Source: the human T2T-CHM13v2.0 reference genome, Homo sapiens. Taken from it: 64,000 nucleotides of DNA. Below the pieces are notes generated by a model. It saw only the letters and a program-made list of their open reading frames with translations, did not search any database and was not told where the DNA came from. The first letter of the stretch is position 1, and every line of letters starts with the position of its first letter. The DNA lies in the NCBI RefSeq assembly GCF_009914755.1, contig NC_060929.1. One strand, written 5' to 3'. A program made the translations under genes and the position numbers. Shown here one piece after another: positions 38,701 to 52,300 of this stretch.

Positions 38701-41530
38701 TTTCATTCAGCAGTTTGGAAACACTCTGTTTGTAAAGTCTGCACGTGGATAATTTGACCACTTAGAGGCCTTCGTTGGAAACGGGTTTTTTTCATGTAAG
38801 GCTAGACAGAAGAATTCTCAGTAACTTCCTTGTGTTGTGTGTATTCAACTCACAGAGTTGAACGATCCTTTACACAGAGCAGACTTGTAACACTCTTTTT
38901 GTGGAATTTGCAAGTGGAGATTTCAGCCGCTTTGAAGTCAAAGGTAGAAAAGGAAATATCTTCCTATAAAAACTACACAGAATGATTCTCAGAAACTCCT
39001 TTGTGATGTGTGCGTTCAACTCACAGAGTTTAACATTTCTTTTCATAGAGCAGTTAGGAAACACTCTGTTTGTAAAGTCTGCAAGTGGATATTCAGACCT
39101 CTTTGAGGCCTTCTTTGGAAACGGGTTTTTTTCATATAAGGCTAGACAGAAGAATTCCCAGTAACTTCCTTGTGTTGTGTGTGTTCAACTCACAGAGTTG
39201 AACTTTCATTTACACAGAGCAGATTTGAAACACTCTTTTTGTGGAATTTGCAAGTGGAGATTTCAAGCGCTTTGAGGCCAAAGGCAGAAAAGGAAATATC
39301 TTCGTATAAAAACTAGACAGAATCATTCTCAGAAACTGCTCTGCGATGTGTGCGTTCAACTCTCAGAGTTTAACTTTTCTTTTCATTCAGCAGTTTGGAA
39401 ACACTCTGTTTGTAAAGTCTGCACGTGGATATTTTGACCACTTAGAGGCCTTCGTTGGAAACGGGTTTTTTTCCTGTAAGGCTAGACAGAAGAATTCCCA
39501 GTAACTTCCTTGTGTTGTGTACATTCAACTCACAGAGTTGAACGTTCCCTTAGACAGAGCAGATTTGAAACACTCTTTTTGTGCAATTGGCAAGTGGAGA
39601 TTTCAAGCGCTTTGAGGTCAATGGCAGAAAAGGAAATATCTTCGTTTCAAAACTAGACAGAATCACTCCCACAAACTGCGTTGTGATGTTTTCGTTCAAC
39701 TCACAGAGTTTAACCTTTCTTTTCATAGAGCAGTTAGGAAACAGTCTGTTTGAAAATTCTGTAAGTGGATATTCTGACATCTTGTGGCCTTCGTTGGAAA
39801 CGGGATTTCTTCATATTCTGCTAGACAGAAGAATTCTCAGAATCTTCCTTGTGTTGTGTGTATTCAACTCACAGAGTTGAACGATCCTTTTCACAGAGCA
39901 GACTTGAAACACTCTTTTTGTGGAATTTGCAAGTGGAGATTTCAGCCGCGTTGAGGTCAATGGTAGAAAAGGAAATATCTTCGTATAAAAACTAGACAGA
40001 ATGATTCTCAGAAACTCCTTTGAGATGTGTGTGTTCTACTCACAGAGTTTAACCTTTCTTTTCATAGAGCAGTTAGGAATCACTCTGTTTGTAAAGTCTG
40101 CAAGTGGATATTCAGACCTCTTTGAGGCCTTCGTTGGAAACGGGTTTTTTTCATATAAGGCTAGACAGAAGAATTCCCGGTAACTTCCTTGTGTTGTGTG
40201 TGTTCAACTCACAGAGTTGAACTTTCATTTACACAGAGCAGATTTGAAACACTCTTTTTGTGGAATTTGCAAATGGAGATTTCAAGCGCTTTGAGGCCAA
40301 AAGCAGAAAAGGAAATATCTTCGTATAAAAACTAGACAGAATCATTCTCAGAAACTGCTCTGCGATGTGTGCGTTCAACTCTCAGAGTTTAACTTTGCTT
40401 TTCATTCAGCAGTTTGGAAACACTCTGTTTGTAAAGTCTGCACGTGGATAATTTGACCACTTAGAGGCCTTCGTTGGAAACGAGTTTTTTTCATGTAAGG
40501 CTAGACAGAAGAATTCTCAGTAACTTCCTTGTGTTGTGTGTATTCAACTCACAGAGTTGTACGAACCTTTACACAGAGCAGACTTGTAACACTCTTTTTG
40601 TGGAATTTGCAAGTGGAGATTTGAGCCGCTTTGAAGTCAAAGGTAGAAAAGGAAATATCTTCCTATAAAAACTAGACAGAATGATTCTCAGAAACTCCTT
40701 TGTGATGTGTGCGTTCAACTCACAGAGTTTAACCTTTCTTTTCATAGAGCAGTTAGGAAACACTCTGTTTGTAAAGTCTGCAAGTGGATATTCAGACCTC
40801 TTTGAGGCCTTCGTTGGAAACGGGTTTTTTTCATATAAGGCTAGACAGAAGAATTCCCAGTAACTTCCTTGTGTTGTGTGTGTTCAACTGACAGAGTTGA
40901 ACTTTCATTTACACAGAGCAGATTTGAAACACTCTTTTTGTGGAATTTGCAAGTGGAGATTTCAAGCGCTTTGAGGCCAAAGGCAGAAAAGGAAATATCT
41001 TCGTATAAAAACTAGACAGAATCATTCTCAGAAACTGCTCTGCGATGTGTGCGTTCAACTCTCAGAGTTTAACTTTTCTTTTCATTCAGCAGTTTGGAAA
41101 CACTCTGTTTGTAAAGTCTGCACGTGGATAATTTGACCACTTAGAGGCCTTCGTTGGAAACGGGTTTTTTTCATGTAAGGCTAGACAGAAGAATTCTCAG
41201 TAACTTCCTTGTGTTGTGTGTATTCAACTCACAGAGTTGAACGATCCTTTACACAGAGCAGACTTGTAACACTCTTTTTGTGGAATTTGCAAGCGGAGAT
41301 TTCAGCCGCTTTGAAGTCAAAGGTAGAAAAGGAAATATCTTCCTATAAAAACTAGACAGAATGATTCTCAGAAACTCCTTTGTGATGTGTGCGTTCAACT
41401 CACAGAGTTTAACCTTTCTTTTCATAGAGCAGTTAGGAAACACTCTGCTTGTAAAGTCTGCAAGTGGATATTCAGCCCTCTTTGAGGCCTTCGTTGGAAA
41501 CGGGTTTTTTTACTGTAAGGCTAGACAGAA
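35757..41530 (+). repeat. Short HOR variants: 10-mer, 12-mer, 12-mer
   Basis: R starts at 35757, 37454, 39492 and 41531 (spacings 1697, 2038, 2039 bp). Confidence 0.82.
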
Positions 41531-44500
41531 GAATTCCCAGTAACTTCCTTGTGTTGTGTACATTCAACTCACAGAGTTGAACGTTCCCTTAGACAGAGCA
41601 GATTTGAAACACTCTTTTTGTGCAATTGGCAAGTGGAGATTTCAAGCGCTTTGAGGTCAATGGCAGAAAAGGAAATATCTTCGTTTCAAAACTAGACAGA
41701 ATCACTCCCACAAACTGCGTTGTGATGTGTTCGTTCAACTCACAGAGTTTAACCTTTCTTTTCATAGAGCAGTTAGGAAACAGTCTGTTTGAAAATTCTG
41801 TAAGTGGATATTCTGACATCTTGTGGCCTTCGTTGGAAACGGGATTTCTTCATATTCTGCTAGACAGAAGAATTCTCAGAATCTTCCTTGTGTTGTGTGT
41901 ATTCAACTCACAGAGTTGAACGATGGTTTACACAGAGCAGATTTGAAACACTCATTTGGTGGAATTTGCAAGTGGAGATTTCAGCCGCTTTGAGGTCAAT
42001 GGTAGAAAAGGAAATATCTTCGTATAACAACTAGACAGAATGATTCTCAGAAACTTCTTTGTGATGTGTGCGTTCAACTCACAGAGTTTAACCTTTCGTT
42101 TCATAGAGCAGTTAGGAAACACTGTGTTTTTAAACTCTGCAAGTGGATATTCAGACCTCTTTGAGGCCTTCGTTGGAAACGGGTTTCTTCATACCGTGCT
42201 AGACAGAAGAATTCTCAGTAACTTCCTTGTGTTGTGTGTATTCAACTCACAGAGTTGAACGATCCTTTACACAGAGCAGACTTGAAACACTCTTTTTGTG
42301 GAATTTGCAAGTGGAGATTTCAGCCGCGTTGAGGTCAATGGTAGAAAAGGAAATATCTTCGTATAAAAACTAGACAGAATGATTCTCAGAAACTCCTTTG
42401 TGATGTGTGTGTTCAACTCACAGAGTTTAACCTTTCTTTTCATAGAGCAGTTAGGAAACACTCTGTTTGTAAAGTCTGCAAGTGGATATTCAGACCTCTT
42501 TGAGGCCTTCGTTGGAAACGGGTTTTTTTCATATAAGGCTAGACAGAAGAATTCCCAGTAACTTCCTTGTGTTGTGTGTGTTCAACTCACAGAGTTGAAC
42601 TTTCATTTACACAGAGCAGATTTGAAACACTCTTTTTGTGGAATTTGCAAGAGGAGATTTCAAGCGCTTTGAGGCCAAAGGCAGAAAAGGAAATATCTTC
42701 GTATAAAAACTAGACAGAATCATTCTCAGAAACTTCTCTGCGATGTGTGCGTTCAACTCTCAGAGTTTAACTTTTCTTTTCATTCAGCAGTTTGGAAACA
42801 CTCTGTTTGTAAAGTCTGCACGTGGATATTTTGACCACTTAGAGGCATTCGTTGGAAACGGGATTTTTCCTGTAAGGCTAGACAGAAGAATTCCCAGTAA
42901 CTTCCTTGCGTTGTGTACATTCAACTCACAGAGTTGAACGTTCCCTTAGACAGAGCAGATTTGAAACACTCTTTTTGTGCAATTGGCAAGTGGAGATTTC
43001 AAGCGCTTTAAGGTCAATGGCAGAAAAGGAAATATCTTCGTTTCAAAACTAGACAGAATCATTCCCACAAACTGCGTTGTGATGTGTTCGTTCATCTCAC
43101 AGAGTTTAACCTTTCTTTTCATAGAGCAGTTAGGAAACAGTCTGTTTGTAAATTCTGTAAGTGGATATTCCGACATCTTGTGGCCTTCGTTGGAAACGGG
43201 ATTTCTTCATATTCTGCTAGACAGAAGAATTCTCAGAATCTTCCTTGTGTTGTGTGTATTCAACTCACAGAGTTGAACGATGGTTTACACAGAGCAGATT
43301 TGAAACACTCTTTTTGTGGAATTTGCAAGTGGAGATTTCAGCCGCTTTGAGGTCAATGGTAGAAAAGGAAATATCTTCATATAAAAACTAGACAGAATGA
43401 TTCTCAGAAACTTCTTTGTGATGTGTGCGTTCAACTCACAGAGTTTAACCTTTCTTTTCATAGAGCAGTTAGGAAACACTCTGTTTGTAAACTCTGCAAG
43501 TGGATATTCAGACCTCTTTGAGGCCTTCGTTGGAAACGGGATTTCTTCATACTGTGCTAGACAGAAGAATTCTCAGTAACTTCCTTGTGTTGCGTGTATT
43601 CAACTCACAGAGTTGAACGATCCTTTACACAGAGCGGGCTTGAAACACTCTTTTTGTGGAATTTGCAAGTGGAGATTTCAGCCGCGTTGAGGTCAATGGT
43701 AGAAAAGGAAATATCTTCGTATAAAAACTAGACAGAATGATTCTCAGAAACTCCTTTGTGATGTGTGTGTTCAACTCACAGAGTTTAACCTTTCTTTTCA
43801 TAGTGCAGTTAGGAAACACTCTGTTTGTATAGTCTGCAAGTGGTTATTCAGACCTCTTTGAGGCCTTCGTTGGAAACGGGTTTTTGTCATATAAGGCTAG
43901 ACAGAAGAATTCCCAGTAACTTCCTTGTGTTGTGTGTGTTCAACTCACAGAGTTGAACTTTGATTTACAGAGCAGATTTGAAACACTCTTTTTGTGGAAT
44001 GTGCAAGTGGAGATTTCAAGCGCTGTGAGGCCAAAGGCAGAAAAGGATATATCTTCGTATAAAAACTAGACAGAATCATTCTCAGAAACTGCTCTGCAAT
44101 GTGTGCGTTCAACTCTCAGAGTTTAACTTTTCTTTTCATTCAGCAGTTTGGAAACACTCTGTTTGTAAAGTCTGCACGTGGATATTTTGACCACTTAGAA
44201 GCCTTGGTTGGAAACGGGTTTTTTTCCTGTAAGGCTAGACAGAAGAATTCCCAGTAACTTCCCTGTGTTGTGTACATTCAACTCACAGAGTTGAACGTTC
44301 CCTTAGACAGAGCAGATTTGAAACACTCTTTTTGTGCAATTGGCAAGCGGAGATTTCAAGCGCTTTAAGGTCAATGGCAGAAAAGGAAATATCTTCGTTT
44401 CAAAACTAGACAGAATCATTCCCACAAACTGCGTTGTGATGTGTTCGTTCATCTCACAGAGTTTAACCTTTCTTTTCATAGAGCAGTTAGGAAACAGTCT

Positions 44501-45601
44501 GTTTGTAAATTCTGTAAGTGGATATTCCGACATCTTGTGGCCTTCGTTGGAAACGGGATTTCTTCATATTCTGCTAGACAGAAGAATTCTCAGAATCTTC
44601 CTTGTGTTGTGTGTATTCAACTCACAGAGTTGAACGATGGTTTACACAGAGCAGATTTGAAACACTCTTTTTGTGGAATTTGCAAGTGGAGATTTCAGCC
44701 GCTTTGAGGTCAATGGTAGAAAAGGAAATATCTTCATATAAAAACTAGACAGAATGATTCTCAGAAACTTCTTTGTGATGTGTGCGTTCAACTCACAGAG
44801 TTTAACCTTTCTTTTCATAGAGCAGTTAGGAAACACTCTGTTTGTAAACTCTGCAAGTGGATATTCAGACCTCTTTGAGGCCTTCGTTGGAAACGGGATT
44901 TCTTCATACTGTGCTAGACAGAAGAATTCTCAGTAACTTCCTTGTGTTGCGTGTATTCAACTCACAGAGTTGAACGATCCTTTACACAGAGCGGGCTTGA
45001 AACACTCTTTTTGTGGAATTTGCAAGTGGAGATTTCAGCCGCGTTGAGGTCAATGGTAGAAAAGGAAATATCTTCGTATAAAAACTAGACAGAATGATTC
45101 TCAGAAACTCCTTTGTGATGTGTGTGTTCAACTCACAGAGTTTAACCTTTCTTTTCATAGTGCAGTTAGGAAACACTCTGTTTGTATAGTCTGCAAGTGG
45201 TTATTCAGACCTCTTTGAGGCCTTCGTTGGAAACGGGTTTTTGTCATATAAGGCTAGACAGAAGAATTCCCAGTAACTTCCTTGTGTTGTGTGTGTTCAA
45301 CTCACAGAGTTGAACTTTGATTTACAGAGCAGATTTGAAACACTCTTTTTGTGGAATGTGCAAGTGGAGATTTCAAGCGCTGTGAGGCCAAAGGCAGAAA
45401 AGGATATATCTTCGTATAAAAACTAGACAGAATCATTCTCAGAAACTGCTCTGCAATGTGTGCGTTCAACTCTCAGAGTTTAACTTTTCTTTTCATTCAG
45501 CAGTTTGGAAACACTCTGTTTGTAAAGTCTGCACGTGGATATTTTGACCACTTAGAAGCCTTGGTTGGAAACGGGTTTTTTTCCTGTAAGGCTAGACAGA
45601 A
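41531..45601 (+). repeat. Three tandem 8-monomer HORs (R-S-T-Q, 1357 bp); the last two are near-identical
   Basis: R starts at 41531, 42888, 44245 and 45602. Shared private variants (agagcgggct, tagtgcag, tggttattca, tttacagag, gccttggttgg) repeat at an offset of 1357. Confidence 0.9.
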
Positions 45602-48600
45602 GAATTCCCAGTAACTTCCCTGTGTTGTGTACATTCAACTCACAGAGTTGAACGTTCCCTTAGACAGAGCAGATTTGAAACACTCTTTTTGTGCAATTGG
45701 CAAGCGGAGATTTCAAGCGCTTTAAGGTCAATGGCAGAAAAGGAAATATCTTCGTTTCAAAACTAGACAGAATCATTCCCACAAACTGCGTTGTGATGTG
45801 TTCGTTCAACTCACAGAGTTTAACCTTTCTTTTCATAGAGCAGTTAGGAAACAGTCTGTTTTTAAATTCTGTAAGTGGATATTCTGACATCTTGTGGCCT
45901 TCGTTGGAAACGGGATTTGTTCATATTCTGCTAGACAGAAGAATTCTCAGTAACTTCCTTGTGTTGTGTGTATTCAACTCACAGAGTTGAACGATGGTTT
46001 ACACAGAGCAGATTTGAAACACTCTTTTTGTGGAATTTGCAAGTGGAGATTTCAGCCTCTTTGAGGTCAATGGTAGAAAAGGAAATATCTTCGTATAAAA
46101 ACTAGACAGAATGATTCTCAGAAACTTCTTGGTGATGTGTGCGTTCAACTCACAGAGTTTAACCTTTCTTTTCATAGAGCAGTTAGGAAACACTCTGTTT
46201 GTAAACTCTGCAAGTGGATATTCAGACCTCCTTGAGGCCTTCGATGGAAACGGGATTTCTTCATACTCTGCTAGACAGAAGAATTCTCAGTAACTTCCTT
46301 GTGTTGTGTGTATTCAACTCACAGAGTTGCACGATCCTTTACACAGAGCAGACTTGAAACACTCTTTTTGTGGAATTTGCAAGTGGAGATTTCAGCCGCG
46401 TTGAGGTCAATGGTAGAAGAGGAAATATCTTCGTATAAAAACTAGACAGAATGATTCTCAGAAACTCCTTTGTGATGTGTGTGTTCAACTCACAGAGTTT
46501 AACCTTTCTTTTCATAGAGCAGTTAGGAATCACTCTGTTTGTAAAGTCTGCAAGTGGATATTCAGACCTCTTTGAGGCCTTCGTTGGAAACGGGTTTTTT
46601 TCATATAAGGCTAGACAGAAGAATTCCCAGTAACTTCCTTGTGTTGTGTGTGTAGAACTCACAGAGTTGAACTTTCATTTAGACAGAGCAGATTTGAAAC
46701 ACTCTTTTTGTGGAATTTGCAAATGGAGAATTCATGCACTTTGAGGCCAAAGGCAGAAAAGGAAATATCTTCGTATAAAAACTAGACAGAATCATTCTCA
46801 GAAACTGCTCTGCGATGTGTGCGTTCAACTCTCAGAGTTTAACTTTTCTTTTCATTCAGCAGTTTGGAAACACTCTGTTTGTAAAGTCTGCACGTGGATA
46901 ATTTGACCACGTAGAGGCCTTCGATGGAAACGGGTTTTTTTCATGTAAGGCTAGACAGAAGAATTCTCATTAACTTCCTTGTGTTGTGTGTATTCAACTC
47001 ACACAGTTGAACGATCCTTTACACAGAGTAGACTTGTAACACTCTTTTTGTGGAATTTGCAAGTGGAGATTTCAGCCGCTTTGAAGTCAAAGGTAGAAAA
47101 GGAAATATCTTCCTATAAAAACTAGACAGAATGATTCTCAGAAACTCCTTTGTGATGTGTGCGTTCAACTCACAGAGTTTAACCTTTCTTTTCATAGAGC
47201 AGTTAGGAAACACTCTGTTTGTAAAGTCTGCAAGTGGATATTCAGACCTCTTTGAGGCCTTCGTTGGAAACGGGTTTTTTTCATATAAGGCTAGACAGAA
47301 GAATTCCCAGTAACTTCCTTGTGTTGTGTGTGTTCAACTCACAGAGTTGAACTTTCATTTACACAGAGCAGATTTGAAACACTCTTTTTGTGGAATTTGC
47401 AAGAGGAGATTTCAAGCGCTTTGAGGCCAAAGACAGAAAAGGAAATATCTTCGTATAAAAACTAGACAGAATCATTCTCAGAAACTGCTCTGCGATGTGT
47501 GCGTACAACTCTCAGACTTTAACTTTTCTTTTCATTCAGCAGTTTGGAAACACTCTGTTTGTAAAGTCTGCACGTGGATAATTTGACCACTTAGAGGCCT
47601 TCGTTGGAAACGGGTTTTTTTCATGTAAGGCTAGACAGAAGAATTCTCAGTAACTTCCTTGTGTTGTGTGTATTCAACTCACACAGTTGACCGATCCTTT
47701 ACACAGAGCAGACTTGTAACACTCTTTTTGTGGAATTTGCAAGTGGAGATTTCAGCCGCTTTGAAGTCAAAGGTAGAAAAGGAAATATCTTCCTATAAAA
47801 ACTAGACAGAATGATTCTCAGAAACTCCTTTGTGATGTGTGCGTTCAACTCACAGAGTTTAACCTTTCTTTTCATAGAGCAGTTAGGAAACACTCTGTTT
47901 GAAAACTCTGCAAGTGGATATTCAGACCTCCTTGAGGCCTTCGTTGGAAACGGGATTTCTTCATACGGTGCTAGATAGAAGAATTCTCAGTAACTTCCTT
48001 GTGTTGTGTGTATTCAACTCACAGAGTTGAACGATCCTTTACACAGAGCAGACTTGAAACACTCTTTTTGTGGAATTTGCAAGTGGAGATTTCAGCCGCG
48101 TTGAGGTCAATGGTAGAAGAGGAAATATCTTCGTATAAAAACTAGACAGAATGATTCTCAGAAACTCCTTTGTGATGTGTGTGTTCAACTCACAGAGTTT
48201 AACCTTTCTTTTCATAGAGCAGTTAGGAATCACTCTGTTTGTAAAGTCTGCAAGTGGATATTCAGACCTCTTTGAGGCCTTCGTTGGAAACGGGTTTTTT
48301 TCATATAAGGCTAGACAGAAGAATTCCCAGTAACTTCCTTGTGTTGTGTATGTTGAACTCACAGAGTTGAACTTTCATTTACACAGAGCAGATTTGAAAC
48401 ACTCTTTTTGTGGAATTTGCAAATGGAGATTTCAAGCACTTTGAGGCCAAAGGCAGAAAAGGAAATATCTTCATATAAAAACTAGACAGAATCATTCTCA
48501 GAAACTGCTCTGCGATGTGTGCGTTCAACTCTCAGAGTTTAACTTTTCTTTTCATTCAGCAGTTTGGAAACACTCTGTTTGTAAAGTCTGCACGTGGATA

Positions 48601-49340
48601 ATTTGATCACGTAGAGGCCTTCGATGGAAACGGTTTTTTTTCATGTAAGGCTAGACAGAAGAATTCTCAGTAACTTCCTTGTGTTGTGTGTATTCAACTC
48701 ACACAGTTGAACGATCCTTTACACAGAGCAGACTTGTAACACTCTTTTTGTGGAATTTGCAAGTGGAGATTTCAGCCGCTTTGAAGTCAAAGGTAGAAAA
48801 GGAAATATCTTCCTATAAAAACTAGACAGAATGATTCTCAGAAACTCCTTTGTGATGTGTGCGTTCAACTCACAGAGTTTAACCTTTCTTTTCATAGAGC
48901 AGTTAGGAAACACTCTGCTTGTAAAGTCTGCAAGTGGATATTCAGCCCTCTTTGAGGCCTTCGTTGGAAACGGGTTTTTTTCATATAAGGCTAGACAGAA
49001 GAATTCCCAGTAACTTCCTTGTGTTGTGTGTGTTCAACTCACAGAGTTGAACTTTCATTTACACAGAGCAGATTTGAAACACTCTTTTTGTGGAATTTGC
49101 AAGTGGAGATTTCAAGCGCTTTGAGGCCAAAGGCAGAAAAGGAAATATCTTCGTATAAAAACTAGACAGAATCATTCTCAGAAACTGCTCTGCGATGTGT
49201 GCGTTCAACTCTCAGAGTTTAACTTTTCTTTTCATTCAGCAGTTTGGAAACACTCTGTTTGTAAAGTCTGCACGTGGATATTTTGACCACTTAGAGGCCT
49301 TCGTTGGAAACGGGTTTTTTTCCTGTAAGGCTAGACAGAA
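41531..49340 (+). repeat. 7810-bp super-repeat copy A (8+8+8+22 monomers)
   Basis: Private variants recur in copy B at an offset of ~7810 at the ends and 6453 in the middle. Confidence 0.82.
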
Positions 49341-52300
49341 GAATTCCCAGTAACTTCCTTGTGTTGTGTACATTCAACTCACAGAGTTGAACGTTCCCTT
49401 AGACAGAGCAGATTTGAAACACTCTTTTTGTGCAATTGGCAAGTGGAGATTTCAAGCGCTTTGAGGTCAATGGCAGAAAAGGAAATATCTTCGTTTCAAA
49501 ACTAGACAGAATCATTCCCACAAACTGCGTTGTGATGTGTTCGTTCAACTCACAGAGTTTAACCTTTCTTTTCATAGAGCAGTTAGGAAACAGTCTGTTT
49601 GAAAATTCTGTAAGTGGATATTCTGACATCTTGTGGCCTTCGTTGGAAACGGGATTTCTTCATATTCTGCTAGACAGAAGAATTCTCAGAATCTTCCTTG
49701 TGTTGTGTGTATTCAACTCACAGAGTTGAACGATGGTTTACACAGAGCAGATTTGAAACACTCATTTGGTGGAATTTGCAAGTGGAGATTTCAGCCGCTT
49801 TGAGGTCAATGGTAGAAAAGGAAATATCTTCGTATAACAACTAGACAGAATGATTCTCAGAAACTTCTTTGTGATGTGTGCGTTCAACTCACAGAGTTTA
49901 ACCTTTCGTTTCATAGAGCAGTTAGGAAACACTGTGTTTTTAAACTCTGCAAGTGGATATTCAGACCTCTTTGAGGCCTTCGTTGGAAACGGGTTTCTTC
50001 ATACCGTGCTAGACAGAAGAATTCTCAGTAACTTCCTTGTGTTGTGTGTATTCAACTCACAGAGTTGAACGATCCTTTACACAGAGCAGACTTGAAACAC
50101 TCTTTTTGTGGAATTTGCAAGTGGAGATTTCAGCCGCGTTGAGGTCAATGGTAGAAAAGGAAATATCTTCGTATAAAAACTAGACAGAATGATTCTCAGA
50201 AACTCCTTTGTGATGTGTGTGTTCAACTCACAGAGTTTAACCTTTCTTTTCATAGAGCAGTTAGGAAACACTCTGTTTGTAAAGTCTGCAAGTGGATATT
50301 CAGACCTCTTTGAGGCCTTCGTTGGAAACGGGTTTTTTTCATATAAGGCTAGACAGAAGAATTCCCAGTAACTTCCTTGTGTTGTGTGTGTTCAACTCAC
50401 AGAGTTGAACTTTCATTTACACAGAGCAGATTTGAAACACTCTTTTTGTGGAATTTGCAAGAGGAGATTTCAAGCGCTTTGAGGCCAAAGGCAGAAAAGG
50501 AAATATCTTCGTATAAAAACTAGACAGAATCATTCTCAGAAACTTCTCTGCGATGTGTGCGTTCAACTCTCAGAGTTTAACTTTTCTTTTCATTCAGCAG
50601 TTTGGAAACACTCTGTTTGTAAAGTCTGCACGTGGATATTTTGACCACTTAGAGGCATTCGTTGGAAACGGGATTTTTCCTGTAAGGCTAGACAGAAGAA
50701 TTCCCAGTAACTTCCTTGCGTTGTGTACATTCAACTCACAGAGTTGAACGTTCCCTTAGACAGAGCAGATTTGAAACACTCTTTTTGTGCAATTGGCAAG
50801 TGGAGATTTCAAGCGCTTTAAGGTCAATGGCAGAAAAGGAAATATCTTCGTTTCAAAACTAGACAGAATCATTCCCACAAACTGCGTTGTGATGTGTTCG
50901 TTCATCTCACAGAGTTTAACCTTTCTTTTCATAGAGCAGTTAGGAAACAGTCTGTTTGTAAATTCTGTAAGTGGATATTCCGACATCTTGTGGCCTTCGT
51001 TGGAAACGGGATTTCTTCATATTCTGCTAGACAGAAGAATTCTCAGAATCTTCCTTGTGTTGTGTGTATTCAACTCACAGAGTTGAACGATGGTTTACAC
51101 AGAGCAGATTTGAAACACTCTTTTTGTGGAATTTGCAAGTGGAGATTTCAGCCGCTTTGAGGTCAATGGTAGAAAAGGAAATATCTTCATATAAAAACTA
51201 GACAGAATGATTCTCAGAAACTTCTTTGTGATGTGTGCGTTCAACTCACAGAGTTTAACCTTTCTTTTCATAGAGCAGTTAGGAAACACTCTGTTTGTAA
51301 ACTCTGCAAGTGGATATTCAGACCTCTTTGAGGCCTTCGTTGGAAACGGGATTTCTTCATACTGTGCTAGACAGAAGAATTCTCAGTAACTTCCTTGTGT
51401 TGCGTGTATTCAACTCACAGAGTTGAACGATCCTTTACACAGAGCGGGCTTGAAACACTCTTTTTGTGGAATTTGCAAGTGGAGATTTCAGCCGCGTTGA
51501 GGTCAATGGTAGAAAAGGAAATATCTTCGTATAAAAACTAGACAGAATGATTCTCAGAAACTCCTTTGTGATGTGTGTGTTCAACTCACAGAGTTTAACC
51601 TTTCTTTTCATAGTGCAGTTAGGAAACACTCTGTTTGTATAGTCTGCAAGTGGTTATTCAGACCTCTTTGAGGCCTTCGTTGGAAACGGGTTTTTGTCAT
51701 ATAAGGCTAGACAGAAGAATTCCCAGTAACTTCCTTGTGTTGTGTGTGTTCAACTCACAGAGTTGAACTTTGATTTACAGAGCAGATTTGAAACACTCTT
51801 TTTGTGGAATGTGCAAGTGGAGATTTCAAGCGCTGTGAGGCCAAAGGCAGAAAAGGATATATCTTCGTATAAAAACTAGACAGAATCATTCTCAGAAACT
51901 GCTCTGCAATGTGTGCGTTCAACTCTCAGAGTTTAACTTTTCTTTTCATTCAGCAGTTTGGAAACACTCTGTTTGTAAAGTCTGCACGTGGATATTTTGA
52001 CCACTTAGAAGCCTTGGTTGGAAACGGGTTTTTTTCCTGTAAGGCTAGACAGAAGAATTCCCAGTAACTTCCCTGTGTTGTGTACATTCAACTCACAGAG
52101 TTGAACGTTCCCTTAGACAGAGCAGATTTGAAACACTCTTTTTGTGCAATTGGCAAGCGGAGATTTCAAGCGCTTTAAGGTCAATGGCAGAAAAGGAAAT
52201 ATCTTCGTTTCAAAACTAGACAGAATCATTCCCACAAACTGCGTTGTGATGTGTTCGTTCAACTCACAGAGTTTAACCTTTCTTTTCATAGAGCAGTTAG

